A stretch of 63,574 nt of DNA, counting the filler, from Choristocarpus tenellus KU-1152 (taxonomy: Eukaryota > Protista > Phaeophyceae): the NCBI GenBank assembly GCA_964200185.2. It is 13 parts of 13 records of this genome, joined end to end, with 100 filler letters (N's around TTAATTAATTAA, not from the genome) between each part and the next. Parts side by side here need not be neighbours in the genome. Positions count along the whole stretch, not along the records: positions 38,458 to 40,977 come from CAXNAD020027126.1; positions 41,078 to 44,755 come from CAXNAD020018561.1; positions 44,856 to 49,055 come from CAXNAD020015728.1; positions 49,156 to 51,968 come from CAXNAD020024535.1; positions 52,069 to 60,773 come from CAXNAD020004428.1; 8 more parts are not named here. One strand, written 5' to 3'. The notes beneath the pieces are model-generated. The model did no database searches. It was not told where the DNA came from and worked only from the letters and a program-made list of their open reading frames with translations. Shown here piece by piece: positions 38,537 through 52,259 of this stretch (the first letter of the stretch is position 1; the number at the start of each line of letters is the position of its first letter). The position numbers and the translations under genes were made by a program.

Positions 38537-40482
38537 GTCACCTATGCAGGCACTGCTTGGGTATCTTTGGGATTTTCAGATGCTGGCGATATGGTTGGTT
38601 CAGATTGTGTAATTGGACTTCCCACGGATGAATCAATAGCAGAGTATGACCTCACCTCAAAGGTGAGAATTAGGGTGGAGAATGGTAATTCACAAGGCTG
38701 ATGGGATGGGGCGGGGTGTGTCAATGCGGAGAGAGGGGTAAAAGGGGGATGCATATGATGGTACTTTAAATTTCAATTCTGGAAATTTCTGGATACAGAT
38801 GGGTATGGCTTTGGTTGTTGGTGGAAAGGCGTTGGGGCTCAGGTTGTGTGATAATAGAGCTAACTGCCAATAATGTATGGGCTTTTTTGTTAATGATATC
38901 CATATCATTTTAGGCCACATTGTCACTCTAACACTGTGGGAGAAATATTTAGTGTGGTGTGTGTGTTTCTCTTGCTGTTACCAGACTTATTTTTGTGGAC
39001 TTGTAGTGGAAGTGCAATTGACTTAGTCTACTATTACTTGAGATTGTTATCATTGTAAACATCATATATCATCATAGTTGATGTCTTTTACAAATGCCTT
39101 CCATGAGCTTCTCTTGCGTATCCTCAACGATGATTCTACTTCCATAAAGTGCATGTTCACATCTGTTCCTATTCTTACATACTGCCTTTGGAGGTTGTCC
39201 TCCAGATGGTCATTTGTAACACATGTTGTTTCTCCTGAAATGCTTCTATGGAAATAAAAAAAATCTGGTACCAATGATCTCCCTCATGGGTCTGCCTACA
39301 CTGGCAAACCTGAGCCCCACTTCCCAACCCCCTCCCCCAATCCCTGTCTTGACCTCGGTGAAGAGGGAGCTCCCTGGAGTATCCCCAGTTCCGGAGATCA
39401 CAGTTGAATCAGTCACACAGGCCGCTGGTGAGACCACCATCTCGTTTACTCGTCCCCTTGCTCCAACTGGGGCTGGGAAACAGCTTCTGTCGTCAACTCC
39501 TGGGGACACCACAGTATTGATCTGGGGGGTGGGCTCCGACAATGACCTGGGCATACACACAGGTCGAGGAGGTTTGTCAGTTGACTTGTTTTGCTCCACG
39601 GCAGCAGTGACTACACTGGCGCCCTCTCCGGTTGCCTCTGTGCAGCCATCAACTCTGGTACCAGAGGCTACGGTAGCTGCAACATTGGCACCTTCGCCAG
39701 CACCATCTGTGGAGCCATCTACTCTGGCCCCAGTAGGGACCTCTTCTCCTGAGGTCTTTGTCAGCACAGACCCTGAATATGAGTTTGAAATGCGTCCTGA
39801 GGACACTTTGACCATCTTTTGGAGTGTTTTGGAGGATACAAGCGAGATCTCTGTCAAGGTAAGTATGTGTGTAGGTGGTGCATGTTCTTGTGTGTGTTGT
39901 GCGCGTGGGATGGGGCTTGCAACCAGCCTTAGGGCAGCAGTACTTTTGGTATGTGATACCTGTGATGAATTATTTGTTGTGCCCTGGTCAATGCAATTGT
40001 GTGTGTGTTCACATAGGCAGGAGTCGAACTTTTTGTAGTGATAGTTCAGGCGTCTGTACAGGAGTCTAGGTTTGAGGGGAGTTTCGAGGGGCGTACAGAA
40101 AAGATGGATCTAGGTTGTATTATGTTACTTTTTGTGACTGTAGGGCTACTGTCTGGTGACAATAGTGGTTACTTGCAAATGACCTGGGCAAGGAGGGGGT
40201 ACAGCGTGATCGTTGACAAGGGTAGGGTGGGAAAAGAGTTGGTAATCTATTTTCAATCTTTTTTATTATTATTATTTACCTAGCCTTTTTTTGTGCAATG
40301 ATGTCATTATCCCACCACCTTCATAGGCAGTGCATACGGGGGCTGCCTGGGTTGGTGTTGGCTTCTCTGGGGCGGGTGGACTGATGGTTCCTGGTGATGC
40401 TGTGGTTGCTCTCCCTGATAATGAAACCGTGCTGGAATATGCTCTGACTGCATACGATCTTCCTGATTCTTATACAGACCAG
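38537..40482 (+). CDS. Tandem DOMON-domain protein, internal exons 38537-38662, 39364-39858, 40327-40482
   Basis: All junctions are phase 0. Two DOMON repeats (AWVSLGFS..GDMVGSDCVIG...ISFTRPL...LIWGVG..LGIH..RG; IFWSV...AWVGVGFSG..GLMVPGDAVV) separated by a Pro/Ser/Thr/Ala linker. Confidence 0.85.
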
Positions 40483-42189
40483 GTGGGGTGAAGATGTGGG
40501 GGCTACATGCAAAGACTTGCGGTTTGGGAGAGGTCTGTCAACTGTGCTGTTCGCTCTGCTATTTTGTGTATTATTATTATTATTATTATTAGTAGTAGTA
40601 GTAGTAGTACTAGTACTAGTACTAATGACTCCTGTCAGTGAAACAGTTCAATCTAAACCTTTTCCTTTGACTCTGTCCACAGTTTTTTTGTTGTTCTTTA
40701 GAAATGTGTTAGTTTAGTTTTTGTTTAGTTTTAGTTTAGTTTTCCCTTCTGACCCAATGTGTACTTATGACCCCTCAGACTATTGTGGAACTGTATTCGT
40801 AACTGTTGCCTTTTTCTTTCTTCGGAGGTGATGTTGAACTTTGAACTTTAGAACTTTGAACTTGCCCCAGACAACTCTTGACTGTCTTTCACTACCCCCC
40901 CTTCCGCCCCCCGCTGACGGCATCCACCCACCCCACGCCCTACCCACCCCCCCACCCACCACCCCCCACCCACCCCCNNNNNNNNNNNNNNNNNNNNNNN
41001 NNNNNNNNNNNNNNNNNNNNNTTAATTAATTAANNNNNNNNNNNNNNNNNNNNNNNNNNNNNNNNNNNNNNNNNNNNACAGAGCATAGCCCTCCCCTCGG
41101 AACCATGGGCACACCCCTGAAGTCCATCATTGGATGAACTGCAAGGTGCCTTCAGATGGTGTATTGGGGACTGGACAAGTCTTGTAGTTGCAGAAGGGTT
41201 GCAAAGCTCGATATGTTGTACCTTGTGGGGGTATGTGTTTTTGTGTTGGTATGGATACTATTTCTACATCACATCAATTACTATCAATATATTTTTGCTT
41301 CAATTGTATTTCTTGGATTTCATTTCCTTCAAAAGGCCGTGACTCTTACTTATTGTTAAAAGAAACAAGGAAACTGAACCTACTAACTATAGTTCTTCAG
41401 TTGGAGATATAATCGTTTCTCATTTGTCTACAAATTAACATACCTACTCTAGTTTTCCCATTGGAGATATAATCATTTCTCATTTATGGATTGATTATGT
41501 TTCTCGTTTACCCAAGATGCAATGAGAAATGGATTTGTTTCTGACTCAAGAAATGGTCTAACAGACCCAAAATGTTCTGATTTGTGATCCATTCACGAGG
41601 GTGATAGGTGTGTGTGTCTGAACAGGAGTAAAAACGGTCTACAAGTCATGAGGTGGTGGACTTGGAAGAGGTTACCCTCCATTCTATCAGATTTGCGTTA
41701 CACATTGTGACTATATGGAAACATGCCAAGTACTTCTTCTGTTCCACGAGTTTGTGGGATTATGTTATGAACCGCATATCTCGAGATGTAGAAGATTTGG
41801 GACATAAACAGCAGCTCATGTGAAAGAGAAAAGGTCCTACTAGTCCATAACCTTAAATTCTAAAATTTGATTCCGGGGCAGTTCTGAAAAGTAAACCGAA
41901 AAGTGGGTATTTTCGGACCTTTTCAGGGCGTAATTAATTGTTCTCGAAGAGACAAACTACTGCCCCCATCACCTCAAAGAATAACGAGCACCCCTTTTAG
42001 AACATATATGTCAAGCCTTGGTAGTGCTAGTAGTGAGTCCGGGAGTCCCACAGGTGACGTGCAGAGCTCATCAGGTTGTGCAGAGAGACGCTCAAAATGG
42101 GATGCCAACTAAGCGAGGGCAGTTTCTAAACCCTCACTGTGAGGCACACCATGGACTTCAAAGGTGTTGGGCAGCGCCCTGGCGGAGGA

Positions 42190-43050
42190 GTTCAAGATCA
42201 GCAAGAACTATGCCGGGCACCTCTGGAAATGGGTCACCGAACAGCTTGCTGAAGGATACGTACTCAACCTGACGACAAGATGAGATCAAGTCAGCCCTTA
42301 GACTTCACCGCAACAAAGATTGCAAAGATACCGGAAATCAAAGCGGAGAACTGTACCTTGACACTGCGACAGCTCTCCATCAAGCTTGACGAGATTGGTC
42401 TCAGTGTGGGTTCCACAACACTCTTCCGCTGGCTATAGGATATGTGCACAAGAGTGGAACTTTGACAAGTTATCCTGAAGCTTTTGTTCTCCCCACTGGA
42501 AGGAACGAGTAGATTTCTGCCTGTATGAAGTTGCCTGGGACCGGAAGATATACAGGACCTGTGGCAACGCCGTCCATGTTGATGAAACACGGTTCTACCT
42601 CATCTGCGACAGGCAAGAGGTCCGAATGTTCCCTGTAGAAGAAGAGGTGGGGTCAACCAAGGTACAGCACAAGAGTCACATCCCCAGGGTCATGTTCATC
42701 TCTTCTATTTTGTGCCCGGATCCATCCCATAACTTTGACCATAAGATCGGGATCTGGAAGGTGTGCGTAGTGAAGGAGGCCCAGCGGATGGCAGCGAGAC
42801 TCACCAGAGGCAAGGAGTACAAGTGCGATGTAACGATTGACCATGTATGGTACCAGAGATGGTACACGGAGACTCTTCTGCCGGCGATCAAGCAGAAGAC
42901 GCCATGGTTACATTGTAAGGTAAGGACATAGTCGTGTGGCAGGACAGCACCAAGCCTCACACTGGCCACGACACATCGCGGAAGCTCAAGGAGGCTGGCA
43001 GGGAGGGGGGATGGAATATCGAATTTGTGACGCAGCCAGCTCAATCACCA
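42190..43050 (+). pseudogene. DD39D (plant-mariner type) Tc1/mariner transposase pseudogene
   Basis: VHVDETRFY...KSHIPRVMF...FDHKIGIW...LLPAIKQK..QDSTKPH...GWNIEFVTQPAQSP. Stops and frameshifts, truncated before the third Asp. Confidence 0.85.
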
Positions 43051-43436
43051 GGAGGAAGGGAATGTAGAGGGGGACATAGATGAGCATAATCTATGCAATC
43101 GCTTTGGCACTGAGATGCTCGAGGGAAGTCCTATCTGTGTCCATATTGAAGCAGGAGCAGGGACTCAAAGTAGTAGAGGAATTGGAGGAATTGGAGGAAT
43201 TGGAGGGATGGGAGGGGGTGCTGAGAGACAAAGAGTTGTTGAAGTATCCCACACTGGACCCGCAGCTTTTATGGTGCTTTAAAGAAGGACAAAGAACAGC
43301 TTGATATGGATGAACAAAGTTGGCATTACAAGGGCCTTTGTGGTCTCGATTCCGCTGACTGAGCTCATGAGTGAGACTCTAGCCTTAACTACCATCAAAA
43401 ACTCAGTTATCAATTCTAAACTGTCATCCTACTGCA

Positions 43437-43990
43437 GCCTCCAGTGGAAACATTATGGGATACTTTCTCCTGCAAGTCCTTAGCGATGTCCCATTGCGTC
43501 TCCCACAATCCATGAAATGGCAGGGTCCTTAGCAATACATCCAGCGTCTCTTACAATCAACGAAACCTCCCTAGTACATCACTACTGCAGATCACTGGAA
43601 TATAGATCCTACCTCATGTCTACTTCCCTATTTGTAGCCTCCAGTGGAAACATTATGAGGTACTTTCTCCTGCAAGTCCTTAGCGATGTCCCATTGAGTC
43701 TCCCACAATCCATGAAATGGCAAGGTCCTTAGCAATACATCCAGCATCTCCTAAAATCAACGAAACTTCCCTAGTACATCACCACTACAAATCTTCGGAA
43801 CAAAGTAATATGGTGGAACTGTCACTTCCTACCTATCCTATCACAATCTCTACGAACACATCCTGGGGTATTTTCTACTGGGGGTCCTTAGTGATGTCCC
43901 ATTGCATCTCCAATAATCTCCATGAAATGGCAGGGTCCTTAGCAATACATCCAGCGTCTCCCACGATCCTGGAAATATCCCTAGTGTCAC
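43437..43990. repeat. ~200-230-bp tandem repeat x3 (probably inside an LTR retrotransposon)
   Basis: Core gtccttagcgatgtcccattg..tctcc..aatccatgaaatggcagggtccttagcaatacatccagc at ~43476, 43676 and 43884. Confidence 0.9.
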
Positions 43991-44237
43991 GCCTAAAGTG
44001 AATCTTTGGAAAAAGTAGTACTAATCAATTGACATATCACTGAAATACCATACACACAAAAACGAGGAAAACCTCTTCCTGACTAAAGTCAGTCTGCATA
44101 CAACACCAGAGCTGTCACTTGACTACTGTGGGTATGCACCAAAATAGACGAGACAGATGGGGGACAAACTCAAATTAAAATAATTCAGAATGACAATAAA
44201 CACAAGGGAAGACAGTCACGACGGGTAATTTTCTCTG

Positions 44238-44755
44238 TCACCGAAATAAGAGCTCCTGATGAAGCCTTCCAACCTGTCCAGTCTCGAACTGATGTCTTCC
44301 ACCTCTCGAGATTCGGTTGGGGGAGGAGTTGTGGTCGATACCATATATGCGATCCCTCCTTAGCCCCCTTTCCAGAAGGTCTTCTTGTCCTCTCCCTGAC
44401 TCGAACAGTCTCATCTCGTGACCTAACCCTGTGCATCTCATGCATCTTCTACATTGACCGTCATCTCCCCCCAGTCTTGTAGCCCGATCGAGGTTGGGGC
44501 AGTCGTACTTGATGTGGCCATCTTTGCCACACATAAAACAGAATACGCGGCCCTTTCCTCGACCCTTTCTACCAGCAGTCCACCTTCCCACACTCACAAT
44601 CACAGCATGGCAGTTACCTTCGCCACTTGAAGAACTTGGCAAGTTCCATGCTGGAAGTCTCTACCTCATCTCCACGCCCACTGCCCAGACTGATCCCCTA
44701 CAGATGATGTCGGAGCCATGAAGACCGAAGTCACAGTCATAGACTCTAAGAGTAG
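44238..44755 (-). mobile_element. LTR retrotransposon gag relic with CCHC zinc knuckles
   Basis: CFMCGKDGHIKYDC followed by a degenerate second knuckle, CMRCTGLGH. Confidence 0.75.
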
Positions 44756-44855
44756 NNNNNNNNNNNNNNNNNNNNNNNNNNNNNNNNNNNNNNNNNNNNT
44801 TAATTAATTAANNNNNNNNNNNNNNNNNNNNNNNNNNNNNNNNNNNNNNNNNNNN

Positions 44856-45122
44856 GATATTGACACTTCCTAACAAACACGTTAGCCAAGATTACATCAA
44901 AATCACAACATTGGATTTTGGCCCCCAAATGGACGCGGCTCTACCCTCTAAGATACTTTGGCTTCAATATCCTTGTTCCGGACACACCTTTTCAGAACGT
45001 ATACATTTTACCTACTCCGAAACATTTTGGAGTAGGAAAGTGTAATAAAAATACCCCATGGGAAGCCAGACCCCAAATGGACAAACAGGGCAAAACTCCT
45101 ACCTTCTAAGATACGTTCACTC
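44856..45122. mobile_element. Rearranged MITE family A copy (two half-copies)
   Basis: 44856-44963 is the left half in reverse, ending taccctctaagatactttggc. 44966-45122 is the right half, ending ctaccttctaagatacgttcactc. Confidence 0.75.
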
Positions 45123-47381
45123 TGGGGTCTGCCATACATCTTTCCGATCTCTTTCCCATTCCCCACACCCACAACAAACAGTGGAGGCCACAACCACCAT
45201 GGCAGGCTTTCGGCCTGGTCAGCTACTTCTCCACCGGGTCGTGGGGCGCATCCAAGAGTGTGCTTTGAAGGAACAATGATCCACACGCGCTAGATAGTGC
45301 AACTCTGCCTATCACACTTCAAGGGGTGACATATAATGGGAAGGAGGTAGGGGATGCTTTAGAGGAATTGAATTCATGCTATTGCATTGCATCAATGTAG
45401 CCCAGAGGCTAATGATTTGGTGTAATGTTGCATGCCATCCTATGTCCGTAAGTCCCACCCCATCAACTGACATGACTCCACTCTCCACTTACCCAATACT
45501 CACCTCATATGCAGCATTATTGTAGACACCAATCTTCTGTATGTATGTAGACCTCCGCTCTCCCTCCAACCTAGGCATTTCACTGCAAGTTATCTGTCTC
45601 CTAACCCTCCCCCCCCATTCGCACCCCCAAGCCCCTTCCTACCCTTTCCCATCTCCACCCTCCCCATCAAGTTCTCATACATCTTCAAATTATATTAACT
45701 TCCTGTGGCGTACCATGAGGAGTCGATCATTTTCGCTGTCCTCAATCGTTTTCTATGTGGTTCATATCTGAATATTTTGCATGCAGATCGGTCCATAAAA
45801 CAAAAAGAGGACTGTTGATTTTTTTTGTACAACAAAAAGAGTGGGGCTCGATTAGAGGACATATTGGACCAAAGCCAGTTTAAAAAGTCAGACTAGAGAG
45901 AGCTAAGAGAGGGAGTTGAAAGGGGTTTCAGGATTAGGAAAAAAAGAAGTGGTTGCACAACTTTGTCAATTCTTCATATTATACTTCAATCACTGATAGT
46001 CAAGGCTTGGACACTTGTACCATGCCTGGGTCTCTTCTTGAGAAGAAGCTGCAGCTAATACTGGCCTTGCTTGTATGGAGTTGATGCTGGTGTCCATCAG
46101 AGAATCATTCTCAAGTGTGTATATGTTTAGAATAGAACCATTCGTTTAATTGTGGTTGGGGAGGATGAGAGGGCCACAATTACTGGACATTAGATTTCTC
46201 CAAAAGATTGATTTGGGATGGGTATTTCAGCGAGGAAAAATGGACAAGGGGACACTAATCTGCTACGCACTATATTGATGTCCACCCACATGCTCCTCCA
46301 TCCAGGCAATGCCATGTGACATTGTTTTGTTCTCCTTCATTTTCCATCGCATTGCATCTGCTGAGATCCACCCAAGTGACCTCCAATGCTCACAATTTTT
46401 GTTCTGTACGTAAGGGAATAAATTGTCAGCCTCACTTCGGCAGTGACAGCTTCATTTTCAAATGCGTAAAAAGCAGGGCGTATTGGTTAGGGACTGAAAA
46501 ATGGCATAAAATAAAAACGATCTAAATATGTATTCCTCTCAATTTGTATGATGACTCACAACACCTGAAACTATCCTTCAAAAGAGTGCTCGGATTTAGA
46601 GAATAGGGGAGGTTGCAGGGTGAACGCATTCTAGTGGCTTAGCCTAGCATCTAGAGGATTCTATTAGTGCAAGTAAGTGCCGCCTTTTGTGTCTCCCCTA
46701 ACCCTGAATGTTCACGTGACATCCTCACTAATTGTATTCTGGAGTAGTGCGTTTGTCGATGGTTCATCTCACTGTTGGTATATGTGTTGCAGGCGAATAG
46801 CGGGAGTATTTCTTCCCGCGCTTTAACCGGCGCGAGCAGTGTACGCGCGTGGGAAACCCCCAAAATGGGAACTCCGATTTGCTAAAAAGTTGCAGAATAA
46901 AATCTGTAACTCGGGAAAGTCGCAAGGGTTCTCAGATATATTCCAATGTATGTAAACCGAAGAAGCCCCAATGGTAAATGATGATAAGAGATCCTAAAAA
47001 CCGCTCCAAACAGCTCAGTTCTTCTGACCTAGAGACCCTACCTATAGCACTCTCTATCTGATATCGAAGCATACATTTCTTATACTGATTGATTCATTTG
47101 AGAGTACCCCTGTTCTGCTGAGCTGACGTTCGTTAACCTGTGAATTGGAGCTACACATCCTGTGGAGGTAAGTTTCTGGAGCATGCCTGTAACATGGAGG
47201 TCTTACCGAGACTTCCACCCTGTAACAATATGTGTGCTTGTGTGTGTTTGTGTGTTTTTGTGTGTGTTTGTGTGTGTGTATGAGGACTTTGTTCATACAC
47301 TGCTGGTACATGTGTGTGTTTGTACGAGGCTTTCGTGATACACACTGCTCGGAACACCCCTCTTTTTTGGTAAGTGGGTGT

Positions 47382-47640
47382 GAGTCAAAGCATCTTAGAG
47401 GGTAGAGTCGCGTAGGTTTGGGGGCAAAAATCCAATGTTGCGATTTTGATGTAATTTTGGCTATCATGTTTGTTAGGAAGTGTCAATATCTTTGTTCCAG
47501 ACACACCTTTTCATGGTGTACACTTTTCACCTACTCCGAAATGTTTCGGAGTAGGTAAATATAATTAAGAAAAACGTGGGAAGCCGGACCCCAAACGGAC
47601 AAACAGGGTGAAACGCATACCCTCTAAGATACTTTCAATC
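47382..47640. mobile_element. MITE family A, full 259-bp copy
   Basis: TIRs gagtcaaagcatcttagagggta / taccctctaagatactttcaatc, 3-bp flanks TGT/TGT, internal hairpin acctactccgaaa-tg-tttcggagtaggt. Confidence 0.9.
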
Positions 47641-48381
47641 TGTATTGAGTCCACAATCCGACAGCCGAACAAGCAACCAAGCCTCCAACAGGTCACACAT
47701 ACCTGCCTCAGAGTCTTACAGGCTTCAAGCGCATTGACCTTGTGTTTCCGATGCCACAACAAAGATACTACCTTCGATTGTGCATCAATGCCAGTGTATA
47801 CAGTGCGATATCAACATTTTTGTGATGAATAAAGGACTAGATGGGACTTTGAAGAGAGGCGACTCTGACTGCTTCAACCTCTGAGTTGGGATGGGATGAG
47901 CTCTAGCCTTTGTAGCGCTAGACTGCAAAATGTTGAAGTCGAGCTCCTGGGCATCTCAACTCATGCTGTACGAGAGGCAGCACGTTAATAAATATATCAT
48001 CACATATTTAATATATCTCTTATGTCCCACTTACATAGGACGTTGCCGCGCAATGTATTTTACATATCCTCTTGGTCCTCATGAAGCTTATGTCTATTCT
48101 GGTATTGTATCTGTTAGATCAACCTACAACTTTGATATTTACATGAAAAAATAATTACAGACTTGAGCTCTTGTTTCTATGGGTACAAATTGAATGCATT
48201 GCCTAACGCAGCAGGTTGTTATCCTCAATAGAGAGGCTCTTTATCCTGATGGGTGTCAACCTTGTAGGATAAGAAAGAGAGGAAAGGTGATTTTGGTAAA
48301 AAATGAAATGTTTTGAAGTAGTAGTGTGTTTAAAACCTGCACTTCAAAAAAGAAACAACCAAAAAGAAGTACGCTATATAA

Positions 48382-48567
48382 TTGGCAGTAACAGAGGATA
48401 GAGACATGTTGTCCAACTTGATAACACAACCGCAAGAGGAAGTGTTCCGTGTCATCGGTGACAATGGCTATCAAACAGCTAGTCACATGAGATTGGGACT
48501 CATTGTAGGAGCAATGAATATAAGTCGGTGCCTGCGAACATGTACTGCTTGGAAATTGTTGCCATGA
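48382..48567 (+). pseudogene. Possible PIF/Harbinger transposase relic
   Basis: FRVIGDNGY resembles the DDE_Tnp_4 'hhGDxGY' motif. The rest is degraded. Confidence 0.3.
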
Positions 48568-50263
48568 GGAAGGCATCCATTCAAGGCCTTTGTGATCCTG
48601 TAGTGTTTTTTAATTAACCTGAGTGAACATGTTAGATGAAGGGCAATTTACTTCATCTGGATACACCCTCATTTTCTATATTCCTGCCTGAACCAAATCT
48701 GAAAGAAAATCACCCCCAAAATGGGCACAAAACTGACGTGTTTTACAGTATCCCATCAAGTCCCGAATGGATGACCTGGGCTTACCCTCCCCCTCCACAC
48801 ACACACCCTCTAGGAACTATGGGCCAGCTAATACACCTACGAATCTATTATAAATATAAAATGATCAATGTCTCTGTTTTAGCTTTAGGATATTCACACG
48901 AATCACAGAGTTCGCCGTTGTGCGATTTAGGGTGCAACAACAATGCTACACAGTCACCCAGTCAGTCAGTCAGCTTCCCAGAGACGGTGATTTTGTTTGG
49001 GGGTCCACATAATGATCATATGCACCAAGAAAGAAAAAAAAAAAAAAAAAAAGTGNNNNNNNNNNNNNNNNNNNNNNNNNNNNNNNNNNNNNNNNNNNNT
49101 TAATTAATTAANNNNNNNNNNNNNNNNNNNNNNNNNNNNNNNNNNNNNNNNNNNNCACCACACTTTACTGGTCTGTGGACACGACCTCCATGGAATTTGT
49201 GACACCGTGGATCTGGATTTGAAGTACGAGATGAAGATGCTGTGCTTTAGTTACAACACTCCTGAGGAGAAGGGTGACAAGGGCACCAGTCATGATGAGT
49301 CTGTTGTTGTGTCAAGGATTTCTCTTCCTCCAACTGGAAATAGCCTTGATGTCGACAAGTTACAGCCGTCCAACAGGTACGCTTTGCAGGAAAGTGTCAC
49401 CAACACGGTTGAGAGTAGTGCATTATCTAGCACGGCAAATCTCAAGGGAAAGCGTAAGGACAAGATATCGTAAGTCGTTGCCGATAAATGGAGACAGCAA
49501 TCTTTGGCACAGTGAGGTGAAGTGATAGATTGCCAGATGTGCACAACATGAAACATGACAGTGTAGCTGATTGATACAGTGTTGGTAAACAATGAGCACA
49601 ATGAGTTCACGAGCTACTTTGAAGGACAATAGAGGAAGTGAGAAAGAGCTTCAGAAGCAGCTTATTGCTCAATGAAAGGGAAATGAGAATGCAGCTAGGA
49701 AACCAAGGTATCACGAGGTGAGCTTCCATGCCTGCTTTGTATGTGTTGTGGTTCTACTGTCTGCATTACTACATTGTGAGAAATTTGTGCCATGCAATTG
49801 CCGTCCAACTGTGACTATATCCTATGCTCAGATCTACATAACAACTTGCGACAAACCAGTCACTGATCTCTTTTGAGTTCTTCTTGCTGGGAGTCATACT
49901 GTCTTAGGGAAGGGTGTCATCAAATATTTCAGGTCCTTATGAAGGCCCTCAAGTATAATTGCTTCTTCTAGCACTCTGGGGGGCAATTTTGGCGATGGTG
50001 TGGGTGATCGCTCGTCTCTTCTTCTTCAGTCAGTCACAGCTTCCTAAGGGGGGTTACATAGATTTCAGGCATGTGGAACGGGGGTGTCAGGTGGAAGATT
50101 GAAAACGTCCTCCATACTCAAAAGGGCCCTAATAGAAGATATTCCTCTCAAAGACATGGCGACTTTGGATCTGATGGGTAGAGATGTGGTCATGGGATTT
50201 GTAGAGAAGGTCAGGAGAGCCAGTCTTATGGTGACTCTAGACACATCATGCCATATATATCTA

Positions 50264-50510
50264 GATTGAAATTACCTTAGAGGGTAGAGAGTCGTGTCTT
50301 GTTGGTGTCCAAAATCCAATATTTTGACTTTGATGTAATTTCGGTCATTGTGTTTGTTACTAAGTGTCATTATCCTTATTGCGGGGACATCTTTCAAAAC
50401 GTGAACATTTCACCTACTCCGAAATATTTCATAGTAGGAATAACGGTCGTAATAAACACTTTTGAAGCCAATCCCAAATGGACAAGTAGGGCTCTAAGAT
50501 ACTTTCAATC
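50264..50510. mobile_element. MITE family A, diverged copy
   Basis: gattgaaattaccttagagggta ... ctctaagatactttcaatc with the family interior. Confidence 0.8.
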
Positions 50511-50799
50511 TCTAACTCCGCGCACAAAACATTGCAGGGAGAGACACAATGCCACACGTGTGGATTACATAATCACAACTCATAAACATGTGGATAATAC
50601 TTGTTTTAAAAACCACTGCTTTCTTGAGTGGTTACAAGCCATCAATATTAACAAAGTGCAACTTTCAGTATCTCAGGACCAAAATGGGGACTTTTTGTTT
50701 GAACGTTTCCCAGAGTAAGACTCATGTCCTCTCTTTTTCATGATACTGAGAATATAGTGGTACCAGTAGGTTCGCCCTGCAGGGTCGTCCCGTCGAAAC

Positions 50800-51968
50800 C
50801 TATGATGTAGACATCGGATTAATAAATAAAAGTATGTTCGTGATGCCTGTCACAAGACCCTCCAGTGTACGGGCGTCGGTTTTGCCTTTCGCCGTTTTGT
50901 TTTGGAGAAAGAGCACTCATATTGGGGTTCGAACCCCGGATTGGAGGTCACCAAGAGTGGCAACAGATGCGCTATTACTTGATTTAAGTATAGGGTTTAG
51001 GCGGGAAAAAAGCCTCCCCACCCTTTCTTCCTTTGTGTTCGCGCACCCACTCTTTGACCTCGGCAAGGATATCCTCATCGGGGCCCAGAACGAAACGCTT
51101 CTCATATCGCCCTTGCTCCGACACCTTGACTTAGCCCTTAGTTAGGAAGTTTCTCTACCATTTACTCGCAGTATATGGCCTGACCATCGCATATCCTGCT
51201 GCCATCTTGAGCTCCGTTGGATGGTCTTTCCCGTCGTTTATACACACATACAGGATTCACAGTGCTAGAGCCTTAACTATAACATTTCTTTGTTGAGCGT
51301 CGGAAATGGGCGTTGTCCGTGTTTCCTGGATAGGTGATTTTTTATCATCAAGGCGCAAGGGCGAGGGAGGACAGGCTTGAGTTGATCGAAAATTGTGTTG
51401 ATTTCTCGAATTAATGCAAGCTGGGAGAAAGTCTTAATCAACATTATGCATCCAACCCCCAGTCTATGAAAAAAAGTGAATGTACGGCATCTTACAAGAA
51501 GTGGGAGACACCAAACCATTGGTGTGCAAATAATCTCAATCTCACCTCCTCTTCTTCCCTGGCGTCCTCATCGATGGCTACCTCCACCTGCTTCGCAACC
51601 TCTTCTAAGTAAAGAATTTAGTGGTACAGAAAAGTCTCCACCGCTGCCCTTGTTACTATCACTTTGTCCTCCACCTTGCGAGTCCTTTCGACCTTCTTTC
51701 GGGCTTCAGAGCCCTTGGAGCCCAGCCCTAACACCTTATTGCTCGTTTCCTTAAGCCAATCCGGCTCGCACAGCTTCCAAACAGCCAGGGACTGCTGCAA
51801 CTGTCGACTACTAAGATATTCTACGCCCGGGTTTTTGCTTAGGTGTTTCCTGAGCGCAATGGCACGCAGTCGCACTGCTCTCTTCCCCAACCTTCCCTTC
51901 AAACAGCCGATTTCAAAAATTGAGGATGGAGCTTTTCATTGAGGATGGGCTTGACCCAAAATTGACTG
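50800..51968 (-). mobile_element. Decayed DNA transposon (probably IS630/Tc1-like); its 67-bp terminal segment recurs at 9196-9262
   Basis: Minus-strand broken frames include SEQGRYEKRFVLGPDEDILAEVKEWVREH. The near-identical segment aacagccgatttc...cccaaaattgactg ends two contigs at the same base, and its reverse complement starts CAGT. Confidence 0.45.
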
Positions 51969-52068
51969 NNNNNNNNNNNNNNNNNNNNNNNNNNNNNNNN
52001 NNNNNNNNNNNNTTAATTAATTAANNNNNNNNNNNNNNNNNNNNNNNNNNNNNNNNNNNNNNNNNNNN

Positions 52069-52258
52069 AAACCCATGGGAAGCCAAGCCCCGAATGGACA
52101 AACAGGGCAAAACTCGTACCCTCTGAGATACTTTCACTCACATTTTACCTACTCCGAAACATTAGGAGTAGGAAAAATGTCATAAAAAACCGGTGGGAAA
52201 CCAAGCCCCAAATAGACAAACAGGGAAAAACTCGTACCCTCTAAGATAATTTTACTCT
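52069..52258. mobile_element. Two tandem right-end fragments of MITE family A
   Basis: gacaaacagggcaaaactcgtaccctct(g/a)agata occurs twice. Confidence 0.75.
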
Positions 52259-52259
52259 G

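Noticed and set aside
49156-49720. Coding-like S/E/K-rich stretch ending in a gtgagc donor
   Set aside because: Stops interrupt every frame and there is no recognisable domain. It may be a pseudogene, but I cannot support a call.
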